Source: Takakia lepidozioides (lineage: Eukaryota > Plantae > Bryophyta). Taken from it: a DNA stretch of 64,000 nt. The notes beneath the pieces are model-generated. The model saw nothing but the letters and a program-made list of their open reading frames with translations. It was not told where the DNA came from and did not search any database. The DNA is taken from contig CM060731.1 in the NCBI GenBank assembly GCA_030704615.1, positions 44,082,001 through 44,146,000 of the forward strand, in the 5' to 3' direction. Below are positions 23,195-35,000 of this stretch, in pieces (the stretch's first letter is position 1; every line of letters begins with the position of its first letter). Position numbers and translations under genes: made by a program.

Positions 23195-24191
23195 TGAAAA
23201 TCAGAACCCAATGCACTACATCATTTGAGACTTTTACTCTAAATCACAATTCTATAACTCAAGGCACCCAGCTATCACATTTCCCACCTTTTTCTTACCA
23301 CATTTCATTATTTTAATCTACTCTTTTTTTTTTCCTTTAAATCTGCTTAAACCTGCAAATAGGCCGGGACAGAGCACAATACAAGGGTGGGGATTTGACA
23401 GTGGGGCCTGTCTAAGGGGGGATGTCTCCCTTCCTGCCACCCGGGGACCATAACAATAAGTCTCCAATCCCCAAGCGTGCATTAAACCCTCAACCCATGT
23501 ATAGTGTGTTTGGGTAGGTGCGGCGTGTGCATGGTAAGAGCCAGGAAATTATTCTGTGGTCCCAGGTCTCCCTTGATGAGCCTAGTTTTGGCTCTTCTTT
23601 ACATGGAAAACCTTACACTATTATCGTAAATTTTGTAGTGTATTCACACATTCAGCATAAGTTGGATAGGGTCTTCCGGAGCAAAGAATCTTTTCCTAGG
23701 ACCCCTAAAAAATTTCAAAAGTTTTTACGCTGCGGAAATCCTCTCCCCAAGGGATTCCCGGGACTTCGCCCCCCACAACTAGGGTGGTGTACATTGAACC
23801 ACGGTTGAACCACAAATTCCCCATGTAGGCGTCTCAAATACAAGATGTTTTTTTTTTTTTTTTTTTTTTTTTTTCCTCCTAAAAAAGGGGATAGAGGCCC
23901 TTGTAAATCATATTAACGACGTTCTTTACGTGGGACGCATACAATCTTGGTTTCATTTTCAACCCCTGCGCGGTGGTTGGTGCATGGCGATGACAGCTCA
24001 GCCTTTCACTGCCGCCCTACAGAAAATTGCCGGAAGTGCGTAATTCATGTGAATAGCGGGTCAAGCGACAACATGGTCAGCAAATCGTGGACGTCAACCT
24101 TGTGCGGCGCCTGACTTTGAACACGACTACAGTCTACCTTGTGTATGTGTTACACCTCAGGAGTACACCTAACACATACTCCCTAGGGAAT

Positions 24192-25619
24192 GGCCTTGAT
24201 TGAAATGCATCACAATTCAATTGATCACGGACTAAAAGTCCACAATTCTCCACAATTCAATTGAACTATTGGAAATTCTTTGAGATCAATCTTAACCCTT
24301 AAGCGACGAGAGCAGTTTTGGACCATTTCGACAAAAACTGGGCCCACCCTGACACGGGGCCTGTATCTCCCTACCCACTTTCATCCAGAGGGATGAGACG
24401 TTGCAAATTGTTCCCACCTACCAGATGCACAACCACCCCAAAAATGGGCAAATTCCACCGTCGAATTTGAGATATTATAACATATGAAGATGGTGCATTT
24501 TCTACTGAATGCAAATAATGGTCCTCAAATTTACCTTTGACCAAGCCCCTGGGCTATGTTTGGTGGGTGAATGAAAGCCATATTCCATTGGTTGCATACA
24601 TCCCAAAGCACCTGTCAAAATTTCAGGTGAAATTGACAAGAATAAGGCGGTGTTGCTTTGTATGTGGATGGGGAGGGGCTTAAAATAGGTAATTTGCAAA
24701 TCAGATGCTGGAGGTCCCAAAATTGTTGGCCAAATTGGAATGCCAACAGTCAGTGTGAGCATGCCTACATTGAGAGTACACTGGCCAAAAATCAAACAAA
24801 TTGGAGTAAAAATGGTGCTAAGATGGAGGATTTCCTGCTTTCCCCGGCCCTTCAACTCAGGCATAGGGTTGCCGGATTTGCCGCAACGCATCCCAGGCCA
24901 CGTCATGCACTCCCTCGTGTTTGCAGGGCCACGTCATTCAAACCGCCATCATGAAAGGGTGAACATACACCCGTGCCTCATCACCCCCACATGGCCCTTG
25001 CTACAAACCCCCGCCGGATTTTCCATAGGCGCCTGCCACGTTGCCAGTCAACCTGCGTGGGCCCCCACCAATCCACCCAGACCCCATGCTGGCAAAAATC
25101 GCTGATGTCACAAAAATAACTTTTTCCTGGCGCAATCAAGTCGTACATGTAGAGGACATTGCGGCCTACATTTTTCATTCAGGATGGCCCTTCATCCGAG
25201 TTCATCCGGCGAAGCTATGCTTGGATGAAAGCATGACGCAGGTCGGGTCGCTTCGTCGTTTAGGGGTTAATCTACAATTCGATTGAGTTAAGAAAAAAAA
25301 AAATTGAATTGTGAGCACATAATTCAATTGAATTGTGAAGTGCCAGGTCAATGAAATTGTCAACTCATAATTCAATTGAATTGTTGGCAATTCACTTGAA
25401 CTACAAAACTCAAACCTAATTTGCAATTCAATTGAACTGTAATATATAACTATTAGTTTATCAAGTGAATTATGTGCTCACGAGTCACAATTGAATTGAA
25501 TTGTAGATTAAGATTGATCTCAAAGAATTTTTAATAGTTGAATTGTCCTTGCAATTTAACTGAATTGTGCATTTTTAATCCGCAATCAATTGAATTGTGA
25601 TGCATTTCACATCGAGGCC
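24192..25619. mobile_element. Long-TIR (foldback-like) MITE with CAATTCAATTG repeats, interrupted by MITE B
   Basis: The left end GGCCTTGATTGAAATGCATCACAATTCAATTGAT...TTCTTTGAGATCAATCTTAA[B]TCTACAATTC matches the reverse complement of the right end 25495-25619. Confidence 0.75.
24296..25266 (+). mobile_element. piggyBac-like MITE B
   Basis: TTAA on both sides (24292-24295 and 25267-25270). TIRs CCCTTAAGCGACGA / TCGTCGTTTAGGGG. Removing it restores the host element's TIR with a single TTAA. Confidence 0.75.
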
Positions 25620-25846
25620 TATTTGGAACCTATTCAAGGCCTATATGTAACCTATGTTCGTGTTCGATGTTTGTGTTGTTGATGCAGGTTGTGTTCTACA
25701 ACAACCTGAATCAGTTACTTTGTTGACGCAATTCCCCATCCGGCAATTTTTTTCAGACGGATTTGAGAAACAAACTGGAGGTAGGAGGAATTTACTTTGT
25801 CATACCCAGCCGTCAACAGAAACATGTAGGGGTGTGTAATGTTTAA

Positions 25847-27187
25847 CCCCTAAACGGCGAAGCGACCCAAATCGGTCGCTTCAGTCAGCACCAGGATCCA
25901 CCTCCCGATCCACCTCCCGGGATGTGAGTGGATGGAGGTGGGTCCCCAAGATAAAGTGAGGGGGTTAACCCTAAACGCCCATCTCCTTCTCAATGTAGTC
26001 AAACTTTGATCTGTAGCTCAATTTCCCGTCTTGAATTTGAGAAAATTACGTTTTTAATATTTTCCATAGTTGAAGCTATATGTTACCTATAAATCTTGAT
26101 TTTTTCAGAATTGTCTCATAAAAATTGAAATATTATGATTTTCTTAAGCTTAATGTCTTCAAAAAATCATATCAATTACTATACGTATCCAAAATTTATG
26201 AAAATTTTACCTTGGGTGTAAATCACAATGAAAAACACTTTCGTATATTTAAAATTCAAAAAAAGTTTATAAGTTGAAAATTTCGATAGAAAAACTATGC
26301 TGAAGAACAAATTTGGCTCTTGATCCATTGAATTGGTAATTGCTATAAAAGATTCAATAATTGGAATTTTGATGAATTGTAAAGTGGAATAGAAACTAGA
26401 CTTGATTACCTTTACTTTATTAGTTCAACTCAAATGCAAAAAATATCGTTTTCAAAGTGAAAACTAAGTTTGACCAGAGAGGAGCCACTGTAGGGCCTCT
26501 TGGACGTTTAGGGATTAACGAGAAGCACACGTGGGAATTTAAAGCGCCCTAAAATATTAAAAGCTGTGCTCCCTAGAATTTTTCAAAGTGCAAATTCAGC
26601 GTTGACTTGCCTACATGGTAGGCCATATGAGGAATCTTGAAAATAACATCTAGGGCTCAGATTTGATCAAAATGCCAATTTTTTTTACTAGGCACTATGT
26701 AATGTTAGTGTGCACTTACTTACTAGAGGAATTAGAAAACAAATATCACGTCATGGCTCTACTTGGGTAAGAAGCCAAACCATGATAATTTACCCCCCAG
26801 ATTTCAGATACAAAGCACCCCCCCAAATTTTTAGCAAATTGGGGTGAAATTTGGTGTGAGGGTTTGGGATACAACACTTCACTAGAATATAGCATTTTTT
26901 CTCCCAGCAAAATTTTGGAACTTGGATTTTTTGCTTGGTCAAACATGAAGTTTACCCTTTTGTTTTTCCATTTTCCAAAAAATGCACCATCTTCAATTGT
27001 TATAATCTCCCAAACTAAACCCTGGAATCTCCCCAAATTTGGCCAAGTTGTGCATCTGGTACGTAGGAATAAGTTTGTATGGTTCATCCACGTGGATGAA
27101 TGTTGGTAGACAGGTACACGCTGACGTGTGAGTGGGTCCCAGATTTGTCCAAAAATCGAAAAACTGATCTGGTCCCTCACTCAGGGG
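25847..27187 (-). mobile_element. piggyBac-like MITE C (inverted relative to B) with nested element D at about 25969-26514
   Basis: TTAA|CCCCTAAACGGCGAAGCGACCC matches B's right end. The reverse complement of ~26980-27187 aligns with B's left end, followed by TTAA. The inner element reads TTAA|CCCTAAACGCCCA...TGGACGTTTAGGGA|TTAA. Confidence 0.6.
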
Positions 27188-27635
27188 TTAAGTGTGCAAC
27201 TACGTACACCTGTTCATTCAATGGGATGGGCAATACTTTTCCTTCACCTAGCTTTGGTTTTGTATGTTGGACATCAATCACAAAAATGCTTCACCAAACT
27301 TCTAGATGAGGGGATGATGGCTGCGGGCGTTTCCATGGGCTACACCTCTTCCAGACAAAGAGGGAGGTGAACAGTCGATGAATTGGATATGACAGCAGCC
27401 TTGGGTTCTGATGGATTAGATTGAAAAACTTCAGTGGTTTGAATTTTGCATTGGAGTAGTCTGCTTGATTGTCTTCCAGTGTATGAGAATTTGAATGTCT
27501 AAAGCTTAAAGCGGTGTTAAGTCAGGTACCAAGGTAATCTTGACACCTGGAGAGGGTTATTTTCAACCGTCGTTGTCGCGAGGTTCATGAGACATTGTAC
27601 ATTTGTCTTTCATGTATGGTTTGTTAGAGACAACC

Positions 27636-27793
27636 AAGTTATAGCCCAGCCGTAATGGGCACATACATACCACCTCGGAAGTGTGGTTCAGTCCGCCCAT
27701 GGTAACAGAAAGGTGTCCACCTTCCCAGCCCTTCGGGGTCAAGAGACGCCATAGTTTACTATTCTTTCGGGAGGTGTCATATATTATTATTAT
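27636..27793 (+). mobile_element. Non-LTR retroelement 3'-end fragment, homologous to 7803-8001
   Basis: CAAGTTATAGCCCA..GTAATGGGCAC..TACCACCTC.GAAGTG..GGTTCA..AAGGTGTCCACCTTCC..CCCTTCGGGG..AAGAGAC..TTTAC..TTCGGGAGGTGTCATATATTATT. Confidence 0.65.
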
Positions 27794-28620
27794 GATTTGT
27801 AGGATAGCGATAGAGTTGTGTATCGATTTTATGTATGCGCATGATAGGCTCAGTTACACTGTCTATGAACATATTTTAAACATATATAATATTTTATTTC
27901 GAATTATTTGAAAGAATAAAGTAAAGTTAAAAAAAAAAATTTGGTTGGAGAAATTCATTTCCAAAATATTTCTCCTGCAAAATATTTTGTAGGCAAAATA
28001 TCAAAACTATTGATCCTAGAATAGGAAATAGTTCTTTTTTGTGTCTAAAAAATAACTTTATGCCTAAATAGAAAAAGGATAACTTTTAAAGCCTAAAACT
28101 GGCTTGACAAAAATCAATAATATCTCTCCAACATAATTGACTCTATTGTAACTTAACACAAGCACAAAAAATCCCTCGAGTCTTTTTTCAAACTAAAAGC
28201 TTGTAGAAAGAAGCTAACTGCAGAACTTTAGCAAAGTACTAATGAAGTTTAGGGTTTAGGACGTCCCTAAGGCTTAGAATAGAACACATATGAACGTTCA
28301 TTGAAAATCAACTGAATAAGAGGAATGAGCCTCGGGTCCTGGGGGCATAGAGTCAAACCTGGATAAGTGTTACACTTTGGAAGTAACAAAAAAATAACAT
28401 TTACAAAAATTTAATGCTAAAACAAATAAAAGGCTTAGGGTAAGAAAAAAAAAACATTTATGTAAGTAACATTAAACCAGGGTCTGACAATTTCTTTTTT
28501 AAATAACACGTACCTAGTCATTGAAATAATTTATAACAAGTGGCTCCACCACAAGAGGCTTTGTCCTTTGGTGATTTTGCGGTTGTTGTTTTATACTTTT
28601 CCTAGGGCTTCGTGAATCAT

Positions 28621-29120
28621 TCCCATCAACCCTCCATAGACTAGGCTTAATGGATAAGCCTAATTCTCTCCCTAAAGATGTATCCACTATGCCTCTAGTC
28701 CCATCAACCCTCTAAAGACTAGGCTCTCTCTCTCTCAATGCTTAATGGATAAGCCTGGTTCTCTGCCCAGGCAAGAAGTCTCCACAATGCCTCTATCCCT
28801 TGCGGGTCCATCAACCCTCTAAAGACTAGGCTCTCTCTCTCTCAATGCTTAATGGATAAGCCTGGTTCTCTGCCGAGGCAAGAAGTCTCCACAATGCCTC
28901 TATCCCTTGCGGGTCCATCAACCCTCTAAAGGCTAGGAGCTCTAGGCTTAACAGATAAGCCGAGTTCTCTCCGTAAAGATGTCTCCACAATGCATCTATC
29001 CCTTGCGGGTCCCATCAACCCTCTAATGACTAGGCTCTCTCTATCTCTCTCTAGGCTTAATGGATAAGCCTAGTTCTCCGCCTAGGCAAGAAGTCTCCAC
29101 AATGCCTCTGTCCCTTGCGG
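28621..29120. repeat. Tandem repeat (~80-107-bp units, about 5 copies) immediately upstream of PPD2
   Basis: Unit CCATCAACCCTCTAAAGACTAGGCT...GCTTAATGGATAAGCC...GTCTCCACAATGCCTCTATCCCTTGCGGG starts at about 28623, 28701, 28808, 28915 and 29012. Confidence 0.9.
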
Positions 29121-29321
29121 GACAGAGCCAATAAAATAAAATTTAAAAAACACACACACACCCTACCATTTAACATATAACGCTTCCCCTTGTCAAATTT
29201 GCGGCAGTAGAAAAAAAATAAAGAGTGGTAACTTAGCTCTCTATCTTTATCTAAATGCTCCGTTACGGATATCAAGTAGCTAACGAAAAACAAGAGTTGC
29301 TGGGTGGTGGGAAGCTGAGCT

Positions 29322-31253
29322 ATGGCTTCCCTCCTCTCTTCTTCCCTTGGGTATGGCCTGCACAGATCCGTTGACAATACCTGCCCTGTCTTGGGTTCTC
29401 TATCCTTCTCTCCTGTTGGAACTATAATTCACAGGAGGAAATGGGTTTCAATCTTTTTGAGGACGGGGAGGGAGTTGTGCATCGGTACCCCTCGGGCATC
29501 ACACAATCATCGATTGGCCGTGGCCAGCGTGACAGACTTATGCACCTCGAAATCAGCTTGGAGGACTAGTGAGGAGGAATGTGAGAAAGCACATTCAAAC
29601 GGGAGTGTATCTTTCTCGCTTTGCAGTGATGCAACAACAGCGGAGGCCCAGGCTTGTCAATCTAGGATTGTGAGAATGAAATGGAGTGGTTATCTCCAGG
29701 TAGAGACATGGATTGGCAGTAGGAGAGCTGCCCTTTTGTCAATATCGCTCGCGAGCCTTTTGATATCAAATCCGAAGGAAAGCATTGCGGAGGGTGAGTC
29801 CTTCCCACCCCCCAGCCCTCCTCGTCCTGAACTCCTGCATTAAGTAGGCGCTTCTTGAATGTAATTAGGTGTTTCAGGCTACGAAAAAATTAAGTGGATG
29901 CTTGATTAGTGTCTCAGCAGAACTATAATAATTCCTGTATTGTAAAACGACAGCATTCTACCTTCAGATTAGAGCAAACAAGATTCCTGCTTTCCAGTAA
30001 AAAGTATGGGAGGACAAAGGTATCTTGAACCTGGTTAAACCTGGCTTAAACCTGGTTTCTGACTTTGGATGGAACAGGAAGGGAAGAGATAAAGATAAAG
30101 ATAAAAGATAAAGAGAGAGAAGTTCAATTTGACTGGAACTTGCCTGTTTAGAAAGATAGACCTGAACATACACTGTTGGACTTGGAGTTGTGTACCTAGG
30201 AAGTCCGGCAGATTTGAATTGTAAAATGCTGCAGAACTCTATCTGCAACCAAGTCATGAATGAGACAATGGTGCCTTTAGTTGCAAATGTTGTTCAAAGT
30301 GCCCCCTGGTCTGGCAATCTGGTAACTGATCGTTTGAGCAATTGGCAGAGAAACAGGATATTCAAGATTTCAGCTTGGAGCCCTACAATGATGAAAAGGA
30401 GGGCTTCACGCTGCTTAGACCTGCTCTATGGAACAAGGCAAGATTCTGATGCTTATATATTTCTCTTAGCTCTCATTCCTGGTTTGATTTCTCAAAGAAT
30501 TCCCTGAGGCTGGAATCCCATGTTACACTGGTGTAGCAGTGAGATTGCATCCTTAGTCCCTGGGGAACTTTGCTTAAGGGCTAGAAATGAAGTGCCAACA
30601 ATACCACATGCAAGTAGTTGGTGGGGAGAGGAAAGGAATTCCACAAGTGATAAGCTTATATCGGTTGCACTGGAGGGTGATAGGTGGAGAAGGCAGGAGC
30701 TACACTTCTCTTGGAGGATCCAACTACAAGGGGAAACAGCATTGGTGTAGTGGTGAACCCAGTGCGCATTTCATCTCTAAAGGACTTTGGTAGCCTTGAT
30801 GATGTGGCCGACAAGCTCATCGCAGCAGAGCGTCGGAAGGTACTGCCAGCGTACTCAGTTTTCCAATCCCTAACCATGTTAAGATAGCTCAAGATCATCT
30901 GCTCTTTAGAAACACCATTAGTTTGCTCTCAGCTATCCATGTCTGCTCCTCAATCTCCTGAAAAGTAAACTTTACAATGCCTGTGTTTTCAAATTTTGCA
31001 GCCTAGCACAAATGAGGCAAGGCTGGTGAGAACACAAGAGCGTCAAGCACATGGAAATTTCCCCCTTTATCAATTGGAGTACACGTTGGACAGCTCGAGG
31101 GGCAAGAAGCGTATTCTCTCTGCAGTGACAGTAGCTGCACGCAAACTCTACATCCTCAATATTGCCTATGTAGACTCTCCAGTTACACCTGCACCAGCAG
31201 CCTTGGTTGAGGCTTTTCAGCAAGTGTTGGACTCATTTGATTTACTAAGTTAA
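29322..31253 (+). CDS. PPD2: PsbP domain-containing protein 2, thylakoid lumen
   Basis: Exons 29322-29793, 30349-30437 (GC donor), 30684-30839 and 31002-31253. Tat signal SRRAALL. Core: KEGFTLLRP..W.KVEKAGATLLLED...IGVVVNPVRISSLKDFG...ADKLIAAERRKPST...YQLEYTLDSSRGKKRILSAVTVAARKLYILNI. Confidence 0.88.
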
Positions 31254-32046
31254 CATAACCTCTAATGCTATAAATTATAATTCTAAGACAGTAAAAGGAC
31301 CTCCGTTGGTACCAGGCCCTGTGCGATTGCACCTACATCAGCTGCAAAGAGCATGTTCAGACAATTCGTTGTTATGGCCGTATCAGCAGGTCACAGTAGT
31401 CTTATTTGTCTAGGTTTAGATTGAATGAAACTCTTGAATCTGGAACCAACACCTCGGCCTCCACAGCAGATCCTCCGGAGGAATCCTGATACGACTGCTA
31501 GCATCAGAAAACAAAGTGTACAAACCTGGGTATAATATGAGGCACAAACAAATAGCTCCCACAACCATTGGAATATTTCAAGTTTTTAAACCCTCAGAGA
31601 AATACAATATACTCTGCTTCTAAATGGGCATTGAGTTCATGATCAAATGCAGAGGGTAGGTACCTGAAACTGGACAAAACATCCAGATCAGGAATCTTTT
31701 AGGAATCTTTTAAACTCCAACAACATAGACTAAGCCCACAGCACTACTCCATGAATCATTGATCTTCATCATTTTACTTAAAACAGTGACCATGCTACAA
31801 GAAAGCTTTGCTTGGTGGTAAGGAGGATAGGTACATCCCAAAATTGACTGCCACGAGCTCACTGCCCCCTTAAATTCTAGCAATGAAGAAGAAATTCAGA
31901 TTTACTCTTACATGCGCCATGCTTACAGTGGAAGGGTGGACTGGAGGTTAAGGGGACAGCCCGAACAGATGGCAGCAGGAAAGAATCATGTAGGAACAAC
32001 AGAATGACAAATAATAGAGTGAAGATCATGTAGACTAACATATAGC

Positions 32047-35000
32047 TTACATGCGACGGCTTGGCTCTCTAAAGAATGGGTGCTTCAGCGCCTCTTTTGC
32101 AGTGAGTCGTTCCGAGGGCTCAAACTTGAGCAACCCTTGCAGCAAGTCAATGAGCAGACCCCCAGAGTGATCCACGTGTTGCATAATCAGATTCTGCCAC
32201 ATGCCCACGTTCGACCTCCACTTATTGTAAATCCCATCTACAGAAGATGCTATTCAAGATTTAGAGTTGTCTGAAGCATGCCCCATCAATGCATACAGCA
32301 GCACCATCAAGCACAAGTATGCAAGGCAACGATGTCAACAAAAGGCCCGCTCAACAGTACAAGTCCACACTATGGCTACCAAATTTGTAAGATGGGCACA
32401 TATGACATCCCATTACATTGCAACAAAGCAATCTTTGCAGATTTCTTTCAGTTGGCTTTGAAGGTCCTGGGGTTATCAGGTAACCTAAAACTCCCAATGT
32501 TAAGGATCACCACATCTCCAGCTAGCCTGACATGCCGGCATAAAGCATCAAACCTGGGTGGATTTTTGAGGCCAGGTACAACTGTGCCATCAAACCACTG
32601 GTTGAGGTTTTGAAGAGTGAGGTGAGAAAGCACTAAACCCAGAAGAAGTAGATTATAGCACCCAGAAGACGGGTAAGGTGCATGCAGAGGCCATGCGCAC
32701 TATACTGCCATGCATATCTCTCTCTACCAACACCACAGGATCAGAGAAAAAGGCAGTCCAGCAATCGGCCCTGCTACAATATCCAATGCAACAATGACAG
32801 AAGAGGGGTGCGCCTATGCCCTGCCACAATTTCCCAGTCACATTCTTAGAATTAGTTTGCTCAATTATTTATCAATGGGTCTGCAAGCGAAGAAGACATA
32901 CCCGAAGTCGTGGTAGTCTGCGCACAGCTCTGATGCTCTCCCTTGAGATTGCACCCTCAGGCCAATTCAATTCACGTCCATGCCTAAAATACTTCTCGGA
33001 CCGTCGGCTGTCAATCGACACAAAAAGCCCGAGAGATTCACATTGTCTGTCACATTTCCTCCACATCAACATGATCTGAAAAAAACCGCAGTTTAGAGAT
33101 CCCATCTAGGACAGCTCAGATTTCAGATTTCAGAATGCCGCAGACAGCACACAATAAGGCCTGCGCTCAGAGGCCATTAAGATAAAAAGACAAAGACAGA
33201 ACAGAGGAAAGAGGATGATGCTGTCTTTTGTTAGCAGGTCGGCAAGTTTCCATAGCCACACTACCAGTCAAACTCAGGCAGTTCGCTGTAGGCATATTGA
33301 TCTAGAGGCATGAGACCCAATTGTACAACTTTGAGAGGCAATGCCCCCACCTACCCTGCTTGGTAGACTGACCACATGGCCATACTTGTAACATGAGGAT
33401 TTCCAACCAGCACAGCCACTGTCCTAACCACTTGCCTAACATTCAGAAACTCAATGGCTCATGGGAAGTACAGATAAGGTAATAAGATGGAAATGACGGC
33501 ATCTCAGAATAGGAGAGAGAATTTTGTTGGAGACATGACAGTACCAGTGTTAGAAAGGCAGTGATTTATCTCTCAACAAATATATTGATGAAGAATTAGA
33601 ACACATACTCTGCCCTTTTGATCATATGTTGAGGGATGGGCCCCAGCACACGCTCCATCATTGCCAAATGCTCCAAGTTTTCATGCGTCTGGAACAGAGC
33701 ATCCCCCTGCCTCACACCCACATCCCACCACAGAAGTCCATGAGGGAAAACAAAGGAAGGCGGTATGAGAAGATTTCATCGCAGGTAACAGGAGAGGTAG
33801 CGCGCTAGAGATAAGCAGGCAGGGAACCTTGAGGATTATAATGCTCTGATATGGCGGATATCACATACCGAACACAGTTCTACGAGTATACAACCCACGC
33901 TCCATAAATCGCAAGGGTATGTCCACCCAAGACCTGGGACACAGCACTTTTATGATTATCCACTCTCATAACCTCCTCTCCTATCTCTCCCTCAGTTGCC
34001 CCGAAATTTTTTGCACCAGAAGAAACAGAGAAAAAACCTCCAGGTAAGAAGAGAAAGAGAGAGGAAAGAGTATACACAGAGGTAGCTAAACTGTTTTGTC
34101 GGAAAAGCCCTTGTGTTTTGGGCTACCAGATGGACCCGAGTATGGAGACAAAAAAAACTCACCAAGTATGACCTCAGGCGCCCGGTAATGGCGAGTGGAG
34201 ACCACTGAGCAATGGTAGTGGCTGTCAAAGGTGGCACTGCCAAAATCAATAAGCTTAATCTCACTGGATTTGGGCACTCGCTTGAAATGCTTCCCTGTTT
34301 GCGACTTCTGCCAACCAACCAGTTGTCAACACCCAACCTGCTAACCATCCCCTTACTCCGAGATAAACCTTTCAGAATGACTTCCACCAGAATGCCTGGT
34401 TTCAAAAGAAGAGAATACCACCCAAGATGGAGCTATGGAACTTGTAATGTCTCCTTGACCAGGTTAGACTGCTGCCTCTTTGTTAGCTGGTCTGCAATCT
34501 AGACCACCACAAACTGAGTGACCATGACTTCTTGAACCAATTATTCCCATGATGACCCGTATGTGCTCACTTCAATGAGCCACTTGTGCCCTCCAACATT
34601 GGCCTAGCTGAGCTTACCCACAGCACCCACATCATACTAACTCAGAAATTATCCAGCTTTGCAATGCACAAGTTATTATGGTGCATTCTGTCAGTTCTGT
34701 CACACCAGACCTTGTTCAGTACTCTCAAACAGAAGGATCTAATTTGAACTCTAGAATAGGAAGTATGGAAATTTGTTAATTCACTGTCAGCCCAGCAGAA
34801 GGTCACCAAATTATCATTCACTTCAAAGTAACTTGAGGGCTAAGCGGAAAAAAGAGTGCAAGAGTTGCAAGGAGCAAGTTTGGGGTTTCCTTACCTTGAA
34901 GTCTGGAACTTTGACATACTCAGACGAGATCAAAAGAATATTCTCCGGCTTCAAATCGGTGTGGATGAGGGTGAGCTCATGCATATCTGCATCTCACGAC

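Noticed and set aside
25847-25980. CCCTAAA telomere seeds (also TTTAGGGTTTAGG near 28248)
   Set aside because: They are single or double units; those at 25847-25980 form part of MITE TIRs and do not make an array.
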